Part shown: positions 25,785-39,827 of the stretch, piece after piece
How positions within the stretch are numbered: position 1 is the stretch's first letter
How the letters are laid out: every line of letters starts with the position of its first letter
Source of the DNA: Octopus vulgaris
Lineage: Eukaryota
NCBI GenBank assembly: GCA_951406725.2
Contig: OX597820.1
Coordinates: 15,500,001 to 15,564,000 of the forward strand
Direction of reading: 5' to 3'
Length of the DNA: 64,000 nucleotides
Notes under the pieces: generated by a model
Told to the model about the DNA's origin: nothing
The model's input: the letters and a program-made list of their open reading frames with translations, nothing else
The model's database searches: none
Position numbers and translations under genes: made by a program

Positions 25785-27118
25785 GAGAGAGATTGGAAAA
25801 GATGGAATTAATGCGACATTTTTCACAAAAGAAAATGGATGATCTCCCACTGAAAAATGGCGGAAATTATGGAAGAGATTTCCGGAGTATGAATGTAGGA
25901 ACTGCACGGTACATAATTCAATTGTAATGTGCAGAGAGCTTGAACAATAAATTGATTCAATCAGATGCTTGCAACATATGCTAACTATCCAGAGGTCATT
26001 CAGAATCAACTGTGTGAAACCATTTGCATCAAATTTCAATGGAATCATATTAGATCTTTAAGATGTTCGGAATCTTAATCTGATGCAAAAGAGCAGAAGT
26101 GAAGTAACAGGAATAATTAAATAAACATCTTCTTTGAGATGCACACTCATATCATCTATTTGGTTCAGTTTTCTTGATCTGTGACATGATATTAAAGGTA
26201 AAAGGTGTCAGTGTTTGATACTGACGTGAACAATATAGAATGCTCAGTAAAAAAACAAAGAAACTGCAAGATTAATTTGTCATTCTACTGACATAGTTGA
26301 AACACATCACCATCAGTCTTAATATTGACATTATCGTATTTGATGGGAAATAAAATGCACTTTTTCCTCCCCAAAATGTCTCAAACAAAATCACTCTGTA
26401 TCCTATATGCAAAGCTGGGTTTCACCTAAGCTTTAATGCACTAAAGCTTCTTTTCTCCTAAATATGAGCTGTTGAAATTGGGATGCATCTAAAATACCCA
26501 TAAATCTTTTATGCCATCAAAGATGATGGTGATGATGATGATGATGATGATTAGATCTTTAAGATGATGATGATGGTGGTGATAGTGATGATGATGATGA
26601 TGATGATAGTGGTGGTGGTGGTGGTGGCGGCGGTGGTGATGATGGTGATGGTGGTGATGATGATGATGATGATAAATGGTGAGTCTTTTGCATAAGAACT
26701 AATCAACAGTGCCAAGCATAAAAAAAAAATCTTAATACATATGTAGTATCAGTATTCTGGACTGCGAATTCTATCATTGGTGATCTAGCAAAAAAAGATT
26801 TGAAGCTGCAGACAAAATTTCCGATACTTTTACATTTTTCTAGCAATATCTGTCGATAAAAGAAAATCTTCAAACTACAAAGTACATGTCATTTGCAGAA
26901 ATTGACAACAGTGACGTAAACAGTAAAGAAGCAAGAGCTTTCAAATGAATTAATCACTAGAAAAAAAAAACAAAAAAAAACCTTTCACTGCAGTAACTTT
27001 GAAAAACTACAACATAAACCCAGAGATATACTCAACAAAATATACAGCTATAAGTTGAAAAGCATAATTCCAAATCTTAGTGCATCATTACAGATTTTTA
27101 TCGCAATACCTGCAGTGT
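25785..27118 (+). pseudogene. Highly decayed hAT (Tip100/ZMYM-type) transposase relics
   Basis: EKWRKLWKRFPEYEC...RELEQ*IDS near 25850; RFEAADKISDTFTF near 26800; KPRDILNKIYSYKLKSIIPNLSASLQIFIAIPAV near 27020-27118 resembling the start of the hATC dimerisation domain. Confidence 0.5.
26521..26675. repeat. (GAT)n/(GGT)n compound microsatellite
   Basis: Directly visible. Confidence 0.9.
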
Positions 27119-28284
27119 ATGAGACACTATGGCACAACCATTTTTGGCATCACCAATTTGGTGTCACTCAATGCTGACAGCCAACATTTTAATGTTTCTA
27201 ATATTTTAATATCTCCCTCTCTCTTTCTCTCTCTCTCAAGTGTGTGAGACTTTAGTTATGTGTTTGTATTTGTGTGTAATATCTTTCTCGCCCTCTTCTT
27301 TCTCTGTATATATGACTATCTAGTAATGCTTGTGAAGGCGCGTGGCTTAGTGGTTAGGGCATTCGGCTCACGAATGTAAGGTCGTGAGTTTGACTCCCGG
27401 TGATGCATTGTGTCCTTGAGCAAGACACTTTATTTTACTCTCTAAAGTAAGGGGGAAAACTATAACAGAAAGAATCATAACAGGATAAGGTTTTTTATTT
27501 TAAAAGTTTTCAAGAAGATGTCTGAGTTATACTTATGAAGAATTCTCTCAGAATGATCAAGTCACAAGGTTACCTAGTGATCTTAGCTTGATTCCACATC
27601 GAATCAGAACTCAGTCAAAATATAATAAACTTTGTACATAAAAAGGAAGGCAAAGTATTTCTGAAGAAGTGAAATCACATTCATTCTATGATTTTAATAA
27701 TAAACAGTTACAGTAACAACTGAGTTGTAACAGATTAGAATAAAATGAAATATATATAATATCACAATAAAATAATATAGAGGTTATAATAAAAAGTACA
27801 GGTTTTGGTTTTAATCATTACAGTTGGGAGCCATAAAAGTCTCTGCCTTGCTACAGACTTTTTCTCTCAATTGTTCTGTATGTTCACACACACACACACA
27901 CACAACACTCAAGTGTAGAGGTGTGTGAATGTCTATATACACATACACTAAAATACAATTTTATAATTATATACACTATATATATATATATAGCCACATG
28001 CAATCATACATAAAATTCTCCACTATAAAGCTTTTAAACAATAATGTTCCAATCAGTATGGACAACAAACGTTAAATGATGGTGATGATGATGATGATGG
28101 TATGTTATAAAGTAGATCTGAAATTCAAAAGTACAATTCTGATCAGGGTAAATTAATACATCTTAGTTTTTTAAAGTTTACATAGGCATGAACAAATACA
28201 AACATTCACATATACACTTATTGTTAAACTAATCAATCACTCACAAAAAGAAATTACATACAAAGAACTTGATATTCTATGCAT

Positions 28285-28520
28285 GTCCATTGAGCTCTAA
28301 CAGCTCCTGTATGACAGACATGATTAGAATGCCACAGGAAACAATCAAAAGACAAATTTTTAAAGCTGAACCAACCATCAGGAAACCTAAGGGCAGACCA
28401 AGAGCAGGATAGTTGGACAACATCCATAATTTCAGTTGGTTAAGCTGGGAAATCTTCTGATGAGACTCTATACAGAGCAGGTACTTGTGGGCTCTACTTT
28501 CGTGACCTTATCAGGAATAC
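28285..28520 (+). mobile_element. Decayed RTE RT C-terminal fragment
   Basis: MIRMPQETIKRQIFKAEPTIRKPKGRPRAG*LDNIHNFSW; same family as 43230-43620. Confidence 0.65.
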
Positions 28521-30368
28521 TGGGTAGAGAAAATGGGTGGATGGAAGTCAATATTGTAACCAAAACACCCTGGCAAAAGGTCAATGGTTAATACACTGTC
28601 ACCTGTATTCAGTTGTATCTATGGTCACAACACTCAACTTTCATTGGTTGAGTCTACATAGTTCCAAGTAGGTATCAAAAAAGTTAAATAAAAAAAAAAT
28701 CAGTGTTAAGTTCAATATATTATTCCAAGAAAATCTAACTACAGTAAACTGAAATTTAGCCAAAAATTCTATGGTGGAAAAGACAATCTTGGATAATATG
28801 GAGAAATATATAGAAGGATCAGGTCACAACACAGAAAGCCTGTGGTGATGGCTGGCTATGAAAGCATCTAGAATGGCACCCTAATGGTTGACTGTATAAG
28901 TTAAGGGATCTTGGTGATGATGATATAACAAAGTATGAGATGTTTTGGCTTAGCCATATTGGCACTGCCTATTTGGAATTGCTGACTTGACACTGACTTA
29001 TTTGAACCCAAACATTTTAATGTCTTTCATTTTAATATCTATCTCATTCTTTCTCTTCATCTCTTTCCCTCTCTGTTTATGTGAGTGAACATATTTCTCT
29101 TGATGTGTATGAGGAGAGAGGTGTTTATGTCAATCATGTTCAATTAATATATTGTAATGTCTCTCTTTCTCCGTCTCTCACTTTATATATATATATATAC
29201 ATCTGCACATGCCTCTGTGTGTGTGAGTGTGTTTGCCTCAAGTGCCAAAATGTACTGTCACCAAAACAGGCTGAATGTCCAATTAGCCAAGCTAAATCAT
29301 CAGTATTCAAACAACTGTGTCTAATCAATATTCCGTATAAAGTGATATGTATGAGACAATCAGTTTGAAAAGTAGATGAAATATACTTCTTAGTAAAAGA
29401 CATCAAATCACCTGACTAAAGATAGACATTTTATTCTTTAAAATAAAGCCTTCTCCATATGTTTACATTACACTTGGTCACCTTGAACTGTCAGAGACAT
29501 ATCGACCTCTTAATATTATGCCATTGACATTTTAGCTATTGATCATTTGTGTGACAAAAATCCCATTTTGGTTTTTAAAGTTGAAGTTCTCAAAGATATT
29601 ATCAGTGCTTTTCTTTCAGAAAAAAAAAAGAAAAAGAAAGAAAAGTAAAGATTAAAACATACCCTCTAAACTTGATATGTTACAATAGAGAAGAAATTCA
29701 GGAAAGTAGATTTATTTCAAGCAGAGATTTCATTTTAGGCACTGATATTTAATGGAGAAATATCAATGATAAAATGGAACAGTCAAGGATTTCTTGAACA
29801 AAACACACACAGACATTTTATGAAATTTTGTTTTGTTTATAAAGCCAGAGCAACTTATATGGATAATAAATAAGTGGTGTGTGCATTGGCAGAAATATTG
29901 AAGAAAACTTTCGAAATATTGTGCTGATACAACAGATAACAGATGCAGACATATGGAATTCAAAGATTATGAATGTCAGCTAAATTTTAGTTGAATCAAT
30001 AGATGAATTCTGTTATGTCAGTTATTTTGTTGCTGTTGTTGTCGTTGTTGTTGTTTGGCAGCTCAGTCGTTTCTCAGTGAACAGATTTATTGATACAGCT
30101 TTGGTTAATAAAAAACTTTGATGATGTCTCTCAAAGTTGGGGGGATGAAAAAAAAGACTGATATAATTTCAAACAATATATCCCAAGTTATAATAATTTA
30201 TTAAAGAGATAAAATGTTTTAAATTTATAGAACTGGAGAAACGAGATTGTGTGATGTTCATACTGACAGCATTTATAACAAGAACAAAAATATCTTTCCA
30301 TAAACTATTTAGTAGGTCATTAAGCTAAGGTTTAGCTCAAGGCAGTTAGTTTATTACAGGTAACTTAC

Positions 30369-30398
30369 CTTCATAGCTATTCTGATAAAATAAAATGC
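30369..30398 (-). CDS. Candidate 30-nt exon (AFYFIRIAMK, or 5'UTR plus ATG AAG), phase-0 donor
   Basis: CTCTTATCTTACTGCAG|GCATTTTATTTTATCAGAATAGCTATGAAG|GTAAGT. Confidence 0.45.
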
Positions 30399-30935
30399 CT
30401 GCAGTAAGATAAGAGTTCACTCTTAATTACTTATATTTAATTAATCAAATTGCTGAAGAATGAATGAATGAATACGAAACCTAGAATCTGAAAAATCTAG
30501 TTGTAGGTCTGTATCAGCAATAGTAAAGGAACAAAATTTCGAAAATAAAAATAAAACCAAAAAGAGAGTACAATGGTAGTTATAGGTGTGTCAGGTGAGA
30601 TGGAGTAGATGATGAGTATACTGAGTCAGAAAAGGCAAGAAAGTTAGTAAATTCAAGGAACTGAGATTATTGAAATCACATGAGTGAAGGGTTAAGTTAC
30701 AGAACTAAACTGAAAACCAATTACTCAGTTAAAATGACAATATTTATAGATTTAGTGAACAAAGTTTTATCATTCAATTAATTTGTGGTGCACATAAGCA
30801 CTATATCCAACAAATTCATTATTATTATTATTATTTTTCTAACCTTATTTATGATTACTTGTATTAAAATGTAAAGCTCTATAAATGAGTAACTAGTAAA
30901 TGCAATTCCACAGATTACAATATTTTAATACTCAT

Positions 30936-31682
30936 TAAGGCAGCAAACTGGCAGAATTGTTAGCATGGCAGGCAAAATGCTTGGCAGCATTTCGTCCGTC
31001 TTTGTGTTCTGAGTTCAAATTCCACCAAGGTTGACTTTGCCTTTCATCCTCTCATGGTCAATACAGTAAGTACCAGTTGAGCACTGAGGTAGATGTAATC
31101 AATTTATCACTTCCATGAAATTGCTGACCTTGTACCAAAATTTGAAATTAATACTTGAATATTCATTTCTAATTTAGGAACAAAGCCATACATGTTTGTG
31201 GTTATAACAGTAGTTGATTGGTAGTTATTTATTAACCCTGGAAGAATGAAGGGCAAAGTCGACTTTGGAAAAGTAGGCATAACTGTGTGATTAAAAAATT
31301 GGCATAGGAGTGGCTGTGTGGTAAGTAGCTTGCTTACCAACCACATGGTTCCAGGTCCAGTCCCACTGCGTGGCACCTTGGACAAGTGTCTTCTACTATA
31401 GCTTTGGGCCGACCAAAGCTTTATGAGTGGATTTGGTAGATGGAAACTGAAAGAAACCCGTTGTTTATATGTTTGTGTGTCTGTGTTTGTCCCCCACATC
31501 ACTTGACAACCGATGCTGGTGTGTTTATGTCCCCGTAACTTAGCGGTTCAACAAAAGACACCGATAGAATAAGTACTAGACTTACAAAGAATAAGTCTTG
31601 GGAACGATTTGCTTGACTAAAGGTGGTGCTCCAGCATGGCCAGAGTCAAATGACTGAAACAAGTAAAAGAGTAAAAGAGTAA
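30936..31682 (+). mobile_element. SINE B (30936-31150) and full-length SINE A (31300-31682)
   Basis: Match to the family consensus seen in other copies. Confidence 0.85.
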
Positions 31683-32719
31683 CCAAATGGTCTTAAGTTC
31701 AATTTGGATACATGGCACTCAAAGTAGCATGTGAGCACACATTTATATATATATGCGTGCATATATGTATGTATGTATGCATTCATTTGTATGTTTGTGT
31801 ATGTATGCATGAAGTTATTATTTCCACTTCTTTGCATGAGATCATCTAAATTAGAAATGGTGTAGTCATATTTACATTCCTGGGGAAGATCATATCACAT
31901 TGCTCTGTGCTTTTGTTAATAATAGAAAAAATTAAAAAATCTTGTATTTGCAAACAGGTAATGGTTGGTGGCAAGAAGAACATCCAACCATAAAAATGCC
32001 AGCACAGGAAAATGGATATAAAAACATATAAATTATTGTCAACAGTAATATTAGAAGTTGCACCAACTTTATGACATATTTAAGAGAAATAGGTAGGTAA
32101 CACTATTGATTGAATCTAATTTTATGACTAATATTTTCTGCTTGATAGATTTCCAGCTTTTATGATATTACACTGAACAGATATCTCAATCTATGACTGA
32201 TTTTGCCGACAGGAGAATATGAACATATAACTACAAGTTAATGAAATAAGCTTTGGTCACCTGATGTTCCAGCTGCTTAAAACAAAGAGCTGCATTCCCA
32301 CTACAGGTGAATTAGGTTATTGTAGGCGAGGTGTCTTTACCAAGGATATAGTATGAGCTGACATTTAAACAGCTTTAGCATTATTTGATTGTTAGTCAAT
32401 CTAAGAGTTCTAAGATCTTGTGTAATAACACTGGAGTTAACATTATTGTTAAGAATGAAAGAAGAAATTTCAAAAATTTCCATGCTGGCTAATAGCAATT
32501 TCTTCATACTGAAAGGTGATGTAATAAGGCTTGTGTTCTACATAATAGGAGTGAAAAATAAGTACAAAAACTAGGAGGAATGGAGTGAGATCACACCTAA
32601 TCAACTTATGAAAGCAACTAAACTTTAAATGTTACACACATTCTGCTTTCTTGAAGGAAGAGTAAAAGATGATGTGAATATGAATGCATCATCATGTCTT
32701 TTTTTTTTTTTGTAATATT

Positions 32720-32733
32720 GTTTCCATGGAAAC
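32720..32733. promoter_or_regulatory. Perfect RFX X-box-like palindrome GTTTCCATGGAAAC
   Basis: Matches GTTNCCATGGNAAC consensus; function untested. Confidence 0.3.
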
Positions 32734-33490
32734 TGGAATTACTTTCTAAGGCTAGCAAGTATTTTAACAGTCATTGACAACCCAGCTTTTATGAGTTGAG
32801 TGTTAATTCCTACCTTATGGAGACTATGTGTATGGCAATGCAAGCACTTTCTTCTTAATTAGTCTCTTTGTTAGTCAAAAATTAGGCATCCCTAACACAG
32901 GGGATCAAGATAACTAGGAGAGGCGAGGGCAACATATCTTCTAGGGGAGTGCAAATGGAACCAAATGTTAATTTGATGTCTGACAGATGAGATGCAGTGG
33001 GAGTGGTGACAAGATGAATGCAATGGGTTGAGTTTAGGAGTGGGGAATAAATTAAGCAAGTTCAGAGAAATAGATTACCGAAATAAAGAGAGGTAAGCAT
33101 TCAAGTCTGTCAATGTCATAGAAAAAAATTTTTTACTACAAAAATTACTTCAAAAGGAAAACATTAAATTGAAATTAAAAAAAAAAAGAATTAAATTATT
33201 ACGGAATTACCTACATGATTCTGGAAACTGACTTAACTCTTTAGTTTGTCTAATAAATGTTTCAATAAATCACCCTGGCCACAAAATAGGGAAAATTTTT
33301 ATTTTAAAACTAAATAGGTGCAGGAATGGCTGTGTGGTAAGTAGCTTGCTTACTAACCACATGGTTCCGGGTTCATTCCCACTGCGTGGCACCTTGGGCA
33401 AGTGTCTTCTACTATAGCTTCGGGTCGACCAAAGCTTTGTGAGTGGATTTGGTAGACGGAAACTAAAAAACAAGCCCGTCATATATATGT

Positions 33491-33598
<108 letters not shown>

Positions 33599-33674
33599 GC
33601 AGCGTGGAAGGTGTTTGTAAGCCATTTAAGAAACACACAAAAGCCGTTCGATTCACTTCAACATTTAAGTTTAA

Positions 33675-33724
33675 TTTGTCAAAATATTTTCGGCGCTAAA
33701 ATCCGCGACCTGTTCACTGACAAA
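33675..33724 (-). ncRNA. Hammerhead-like motif, G3-C8 variant (left arm)
   Basis: TTTGTCA-GTGAACA-GGTCGC-GGATTTTA-GCGCC-GAAA-ATAT-T-T-TGACAAA. Confidence 0.55.
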
Positions 33725-33755
33725 TCCGTGCTGCATCTCAGATGCAGCACGGACT

Positions 33756-33806
33756 TTTGTCAGTGAACAGGTCGTGGTCCTAAAGCGCCGAAAATATTTT
33801 GACAAA
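33756..33806 (+). ncRNA. Hammerhead-like motif, G3-C8 variant (right arm)
   Basis: TTTGTCA-GTGAACA-GGTCGT-GGTCCTAAA-GCGCC-GAAA-ATAT-T-T-TGACAAA; predicted cleavage between 33799 and 33800. Confidence 0.55.
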
Positions 33807-33944
33807 TTAAACTTAAATGTTGAAGTGAATCGAACAGCTTTTGTGTGTTTCTTAAATGGCTTACAAACACCTTCCACGCTGCAATTGTTTTCGTTTCAGC
33901 ACACGATCTCAGATCAAATCACTTGCTATGCGAGTACATCTCCC

Positions 33945-33990
<46 letters not shown>

Positions 33991-34829
33991 TTTGCGTATC
34001 TGTGTTTGCCCCCCAACATCGCTTGACAACTGGTTGCTGGTGTGTTTACATCTCCATCACTTAGTGGTTCAGCAAAAGAGACCAATATAATAAGTAGTAG
34101 GCTTTCAAAGAATAAGTCCTGGGGTCGATTTTCTTGACTAAAGGTGGTGCCCCAGCATGGCCGCAGACAAATGACTGAAACAAGTAAAATGAGAGTATCT
34201 GTCCTAGCATAGAACTATATTGTCAAATGATAAAATATTTGCTGCTTTCTTTCTTTTCTTATTCTTTAACTATTTTCTCGTGTGTGGTTAAGACTCTCAT
34301 GTTGGAATCACCCGGGTTTAGATTAAATCTCATTGCACAGCACTTTCGGCAAATGTCTTCTGTTATAAATGATGATGATGATATAACCCCAGGCCAACCA
34401 ATGCATTGTGAATGAATTATTTAGACAGAAACTGAGTGGGGGCTCACTGTATACATGTATGTGTGTGTGAGTGCTTTTGAGTTTGTCACCCAGCCCCCAA
34501 CTCCACTTGACAACCAGTGTTGGTTTGTTTACATCCCTGTAACTTAGCAGTTCAGCAAAAGAGACCAATACAATAAGTACCAGACTATAAAAACATAACT
34601 ACAGTGTCAATTTGTTTGACTAAACCCTTCAAGGCAATAGTCCAATGACTGAAATATAAAGGAGGGGAGAAAAAAGTCTGTGTACATTACTCTAAAGTTC
34701 TGCTTTAGTTGTTATTACAAACCATCTCCCATTTATTGCTTTGGTGAGCAGAAATATACAAAGTGTAGGCAACCTTATTTGAATCAGTGACATCATGTTT
34801 CAATAGGAGTCGTCTATAATTATCTCCCC

Positions 34830-34965
34830 TGTTGCATCACTAGCAGCTAGGTGGCGCTCGTTACCTAGCTATAAAAGACGTGCACGGAAAGGTAACATTT
34901 TCTTTCTCTCACACGCTGCCTGCAACTAGCCATGGTGTTCTCCATCTCTGTACCTTGCTATAAGA
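34830..34965 (+). promoter_or_regulatory. LTR-like or promoter-like fragment: CTCF-like site plus TATA box
   Basis: TGTTGCA start, CAGCTAGGTGGCGCT, CTATAAAAG, then CATTTTCTTTCTCTC about 25 nt downstream. Confidence 0.35.
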
Positions 34966-35201
34966 CCACTTCATGATGATTGAATTTTCTTTAATCCCCT
35001 TCACAAGTCATGGAATACATTCCCTTATTCAAATTCCATTCTGTTCTATTCAATGATAATGTATAAGCTGCATAAATACTTCCATTCCATATCGGAATAA
35101 ATTCCTCATGTACATGATGTCTTCACAATCTCACATGAGTTGTTGTTCCTCACTAAATTGATTCTAACAGCTATTGAAGAATGACTGAATATTATATTAA
35201 A

Positions 35202-35830
35202 CTAGCAGCTAAGTGTGGTTTCACCCATTCAGTTTGGATGATGTGGCTGTAAAACCTGCTCTGTGTAAGCATTCGACTTGTTTGGGCACACTTATGTTAA
35301 AAAACAATTTTAGAATTACTTTTTTCTGTCAAAATGCTAAAAATAACTGACCAACAAAAAAAAAACCAACCAAGATTCAACCAAATCAAAAAATAAACCC
35401 AAATACTATGCGAACAAAGATAAACCATCCCACCTCCATTGCGCATGCACACACACATTCACATACCCACCCCCTTTCACATACACATATATTCACACAG
35501 AGTTGAAACACTGTTTGATTTATTTTTTCAGCATACAATTTTCATCATCCCACTACTAACTATGATATCATCCCTTCCTTTCTCATTCATAAACACAAGA
35601 GTATTATTATAGCAGATTATCTTGGTAACCATGGGAGCTATGAAAAAATATGTCATCACCCCTTCCTTTCTTATTCACCTATCACCCCTTCCTTCCTTAT
35701 TCATCTATCACTCTTTCCTTTCTCATTCATAAACACAAAAGTATTATTATAGTAGATTATCTCAGTAACCATGGGAGCTATGAAAAAATACAAAGCCCAG
35801 CATCACCACCAGATCATTCTACACATCTGT

Positions 35831-35862
<32 letters not shown>

Positions 35863-36465
35863 TGTGTACAGTGCTCAGGTGCACTACAACTCATCTAAAG
35901 TGTATATATAATCAGGTGTAGTTTCGGCGGATTTCGGAAAGCATGAGGGCCTTAAAAGATGCAGTGTCATGGCAGTCAACAACTGACGCAGGCAGTTTAT
36001 TCCATGCTTCAGCAACTCTGAGCGTGAAAAAATGTTTCCGAAAGTCATGGGAGCTGTATTGTTTTCTGACTTTGTAGGCATGTCCACGTGTGTTAGACAT
36101 ATGGAGATCAAAAAGGTGTTCAGTGTTGTTGTTGGTGAGGTGGTTGATAACTTTGTGGGTGTTTACCAAGTCCGTCGCCAAACGCCGGAGCTTCAGTGAA
36201 TCCATGCCCAGGGAAACAAGGCGCTCAGAATATGGTAGGTGTCTGATGGAGGGTATGCGTTTGGTTGCACGTCTCTGGACAGATTCCAGGAGATCAATGT
36301 TCTGTGCAAGATAGGGGTTCCAAACTGATGATGCGAATTCCAAGTGTGGTCGTACCATAGCTGTATACAGTTTTAAATAGATGGCTGGAGAGCGGCTAAC
36401 AAAAGACCTGCAAATTTTTCGCGCAATTCCACCCAGCCATTTGACCATGAATCCCAAGACAAGAT
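35202..36465 (-). mobile_element. Decayed Helitron-like element split by a CR1 insertion
   Basis: A|CTAG end at 35202; internal about 75-bp duplication (35575-35790); CACATCTGTG|...|CAAATTTTTCGCGCAATTCCACCCAGCC rejoins across the LINE. Confidence 0.45.
35832..36411 (-). mobile_element. Young CR1-clade LINE 3' fragment with (ATT)n tail
   Basis: LYTAMVRPHLEFASSVWNPY...RGHAYKVRKQ...RKHFFTLRVAEAWNKLP; only a handful of differences from 50253-50840. Confidence 0.92.
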
Positions 36466-36576
36466 GAGCTCACTAAAAAAGGATTAAATCATAAAATCTA
36501 TAATTAAGCATTTTTCTGTCCACAATCTATATTTTATCAAAGAGAAACATTAAAAAAATTAAAAGCTCACATATGT

Positions 36577-36978
36577 TCTTTTCTACTCTAAGCACAAGGC
36601 CTGAAATTTTGAGGGAGGGGGGCCCAGTTGATTAGATCAACTCCAGTATGCAACTGGTACTTAATTCATCGAGCCTGTAAGGATGAAAGGCAAAGTCGAC
36701 CTCAGCAGAATTTGAACTCAGAACGTGAAAACAGACGAAATACCTATTTCTTTACTACCCACAAGGGGCTAAACACAGAGGGTCAAACAAGGACAGACAA
36801 ACAGATTAAGTCGATTACATCAACCCCAGTGCGTAACTGGTACTTAATTCATCGACCCCAAAAGGATGAAAAGCAAAGTCAACCTCAGTGGAATTTGAAC
36901 TCAGAATGTAACAGCAGATGAAATACTGCTAAGCATTTCACCCGGCGTGCTAACGTTTCTGCAAGCTCACTGCCTTAA
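36577..36978 (-). mobile_element. SINE B dimer or nested pair
   Basis: Core present twice with two different tails. Confidence 0.8.
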
Positions 36979-37791
36979 AATATATATTAATTAAATGAAA
37001 ATAACAATTTAAGAGAGTGAATTAGAGCAGAGTTTTAGTATTATACATAGCATATATTTCTACGGTTAAGTTCTATCAGGCTTAATACAATTCTATCATA
37101 CTGTACAAATTAGATAATATACAGTCTAGGTACATAATAAAATAATTAAATGGATTGTAACTGATACTATTTACATAATATCAGTGTGATATATGAATAA
37201 TATCAATAGGAAAAAATATGAAAATAAAGCCGTTAACAAGCTATACTATTACAAGAATGAATAAATACATAAATGTTTATTTGCCACTGATGAAGTACTA
37301 ATCCCTTCAGGAATCAATGTAAAATAATATCTATAATTTGGCATTTTAGAGATACTATTTATTCATGATTAGTCAGGGACTTCATGATAAGCTGTTAGAC
37401 TTCATGACACCAGTTCAAGTTTGGTAATGGTCAACTTGACATTTTGTGTTTTTTTTTTTCTCCTTCTTTGTGTTGGCAATTCAAAAATCAATAACATTCT
37501 TTAGTATACTGTATTTGATGGCATAGAAGATGCACAGACATATTATAAGCACCCTAATTTCAGCACGATATATTCAAGAAAAGAATACCAGGGATAAATT
37601 TAGCTTATGGGAGACCCAACTTTGAGATTTTTTAGGAAAAAAGTGTATCTTACATGCCATCAAATATGGTAACTAATTCTAGATAAAGGCAAATATAAGC
37701 ATGTATGAGATGTTAATTCAAATCTGCTACAGACTTTTCATTGTATTTCTGAGCAGAGCATTTAGCTCTATATGTCCCCATTCATAGATCT

Positions 37792-38090
37792 CATCATCAT
37801 CATCGTTTAACGTCTGCTTTCCATGCTAGCATGGGTTGAACGATTTGACTGAGGTCTGGCAAACCAGATGGCTGCACCAGACTCCAATCTGATCTGGCAG
37901 AGTTTCTACAGCTGAATGCCCCTTCCTTAAGCCAACCACTCCGATAGTGTAGTGGGTGCTTTTACGTGCCACCGGCATGAGGGCCAGACAGGCGGTAATT
38001 GCAATGGCCATGCTCAAACGGTGCATTTTATGTGCCACCTGCACAGGAGCCAGTCCAGTGGCACTGGCCACGACCTCGCTCAAATGTTTT
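37792..38090 (-). mobile_element. RTE-derived family C element
   Basis: Reverse complement of 25040-25408. Confidence 0.8.
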
Positions 38091-39540
38091 TTTTTGGCAA
38101 CAACCTCGTTCAAATAAAAAACAAACATTTGAGATCTATTTGAAATAAATGAGATTCTACAGAAAACATTTAATAGAACCAATCACTTTTTTTAATGGAT
38201 TCCTCTTATTACAAGCAATTACAGAATGGAGCCATTCAAAAAACACACAAAAACTGTTGACTTCATTTGGTGTTAAAATTCTTGTCACACCATCTGTGAT
38301 GTGGTCACTGATACACTTCCACTGCAACAGATGAATTGCAGTGGAACCGTGTCAGTGCCAGGTGGCAATTGGTATGACAAAAATTCTGATACCAAATAAT
38401 AAATGTTTAAGTGAAGTTAACAGTCTTTGCATGTGTTTTTGAATGAATAATATGAGTCTTCCATGCTGTAATTGTTTTAGCTTCAACACAGTCTCAGACA
38501 AAATTACTTGCAAGGCAAGTTCATTTCCAAAATCTTATTACAAAGATCAACCAATTTATCATTTTACTTTCAACTGAATAAGATACACATATTTATCCCA
38601 CCATCATCACCATTTTTATCTTTAAAATAAAATATATATAGCAATACAATAATACGAATTTTGTTTAAAAAAAAGAATGTAATTCCTAAACTGTTTGTGT
38701 TCATAGCATTCTAAGAAAATAATGTTACCTTTAGAACAAACTATTCTAGTTTGAACTAGTTGAATAGTTTGAACTAAAGAATTAATTCTTTTATTTATTT
38801 CAGTCATTTGAAAGTGGCCATGTTGGAGCACCACGTTTAGTTGAACAAATCAACCCCAGAATTTATTCTTTGTAAGCCTGGTACTTATTCCATCAGTCTC
38901 TTTTGCTGAATCGCTAAGTTACGGGGGACATAAACACACCAAGAAGACACTTGCCGAAGGTGCCATGCAGTGGAACTGAACCCAGAACCACATGGTTGAG
39001 AAGCCAGCTTCTTACCACACAGCCACACCTGCACTAGATCTCTACATTTCCATTATGGTAAGTAGATGAGACCAATCTTCTGGATAGCACACCAATACAT
39101 GAGAGAAAACTTTCTCATTAGTGAAAATGAACTTAACCAATAATGAAAGATTCTACATAAATAGGTTGGAGTCTGTCTAGATAAATAGCATCATCATTTA
39201 AAACACATTCTTTCATGCTTGCTGAGACACATTTTCTGTGGCTAGATGTCCTTCAGGTTGTTAACAGTCACCTGTTTCCAAGCAAAGCAATATTTCCCTT
39301 TGCTCAGACATATTTCTCATGGAAGAATGGAAATAAACAACATTACGTGTATGATGGTGATGCTCATTTACAGCTATCACACGATGTCAAGACAAGGATA
39401 CATTTTAATGTTCACTTTTTCAAGCTTGCATGGGTCAGATGGAGTTTATAGGCAAATTTTCTGTGACCAGATGCCCTTCTTGACACCAACCCTCACCTAT
39501 TGCCAATGAATGCCACTGCTTGTATGACAGAGATGCTCAT

Positions 39541-39827
39541 TGTTTGTTGTTTGTTTCTTCTCGAGCCAGTTCCCGGTTTCTTTGGAGTATAGGTTCCCCA
39601 CCTGGACAGGACGCTGGTCTGTCGCAGGTGAGCTGCAAGATGCAGGAGGAAAGACTGAGAGAAAGTTGTGGTGAAAGAGTCAGCAGAAGTTGGCCATTAC
39701 CTTCTGCTGGAGCTGCGTGGAGCTTAGGTGTTTTGCTCATAAACACACACATCGCCTCGTCTGATATTCGAACTCGCGATCCCTCGACCGCGAGTCCACT
39801 GCTCTCACCACTAGGCTATGTGCCTTC
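39541..39827 (-). mobile_element. SINE family D, internally deleted
   Basis: Homologous to 13352-13652; 14-bp TSD ACAGAGATRCTCAT. Confidence 0.8.

Noticed and set aside
27333-27405. tRNA-like sequences (also about 13580-13650, 19655-19725, 63935-64000)
   Set aside because: They continue into SINE bodies and lack a complete cloverleaf; these are SINE heads.
29663-29741. Minus-strand donor AGG|GTATGT (similar donors near 41216 and 42845)
   Set aside because: No phase-0 open ATG frame; could be UTR exons but cannot be distinguished from chance.
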